A DNA stretch of 64,000 bases from an uncultured Pseudomonadota bacterium (GTDB lineage: Bacteria > Pseudomonadota > Gammaproteobacteria > Burkholderiales > Gallionellaceae), in NCBI GenBank assembly GCA_963725375.1, contig CAVRYQ010000110.1, positions 57,836-121,835 of the forward strand, read 5' to 3'. A model generated the notes under the pieces. The model saw only the letters and a list, made by a program, of their open reading frames with translations. It was not told the origin of the DNA and made no database searches. Positions 63,922-64,000 of this stretch are shown one piece after another. Each line of letters opens with the position of its first letter. Position 1 is the first letter of the stretch. Both the position numbers and the translations under genes were made by a program.

Positions 63922-64000
63922 GATTCAACCTCCTGCAGATCAATGGAAACAGCGAACCTGAGCGATTTGCTGTTGCAGGTGTGTTCAATCTGCATCACAA

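Overview
Mostly core chromosome of a betaproteobacterium, inferred to be a Gallionellaceae-like (Sideroxydans/Gallionella-type) microaerophilic iron oxidiser because it carries a cluster-1-type Cyc2 cytochrome-porin and the typical gene order. Housekeeping blocks are slt-cca, ttcA, the methyl cycle (metK, SAH riboswitch, ahcY, metF), lipid A acyltransferases with ubiD, dacB-bioA, groESL (sigma32-like promoter plus CIRCE), tRNA-Phe, hemA-prfA-prmC, argH/algZR, ppc/hemCDXY, xfp-ackA and malQ. Five things stand out. (1) A ColR/ColS-like two-component pair with a His-rich sensor lies directly upstream of cyc2, and the cyc2 promoter carries an 11-bp-phased ColR-box-like repeat array. (2) An unannotated ~63-codon CxxC ORF has a single in-frame TGA and is a candidate selenoprotein. 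(3) A three-gene module after tRNA-Phe encodes a CHASE2 nucleotide cyclase, an NHL-FN3-transglutaminase-like-TPR protein and a small secreted protein. (4) Several miniature palindromic insertions occur, one in frame in yhcH and one separating two recoded copies of the metK 3' end. (5) There are candidate sRNAs and small membrane proteins below the ORF-track size cut-off. All calls come from reading the sequence by eye; no searches were run.
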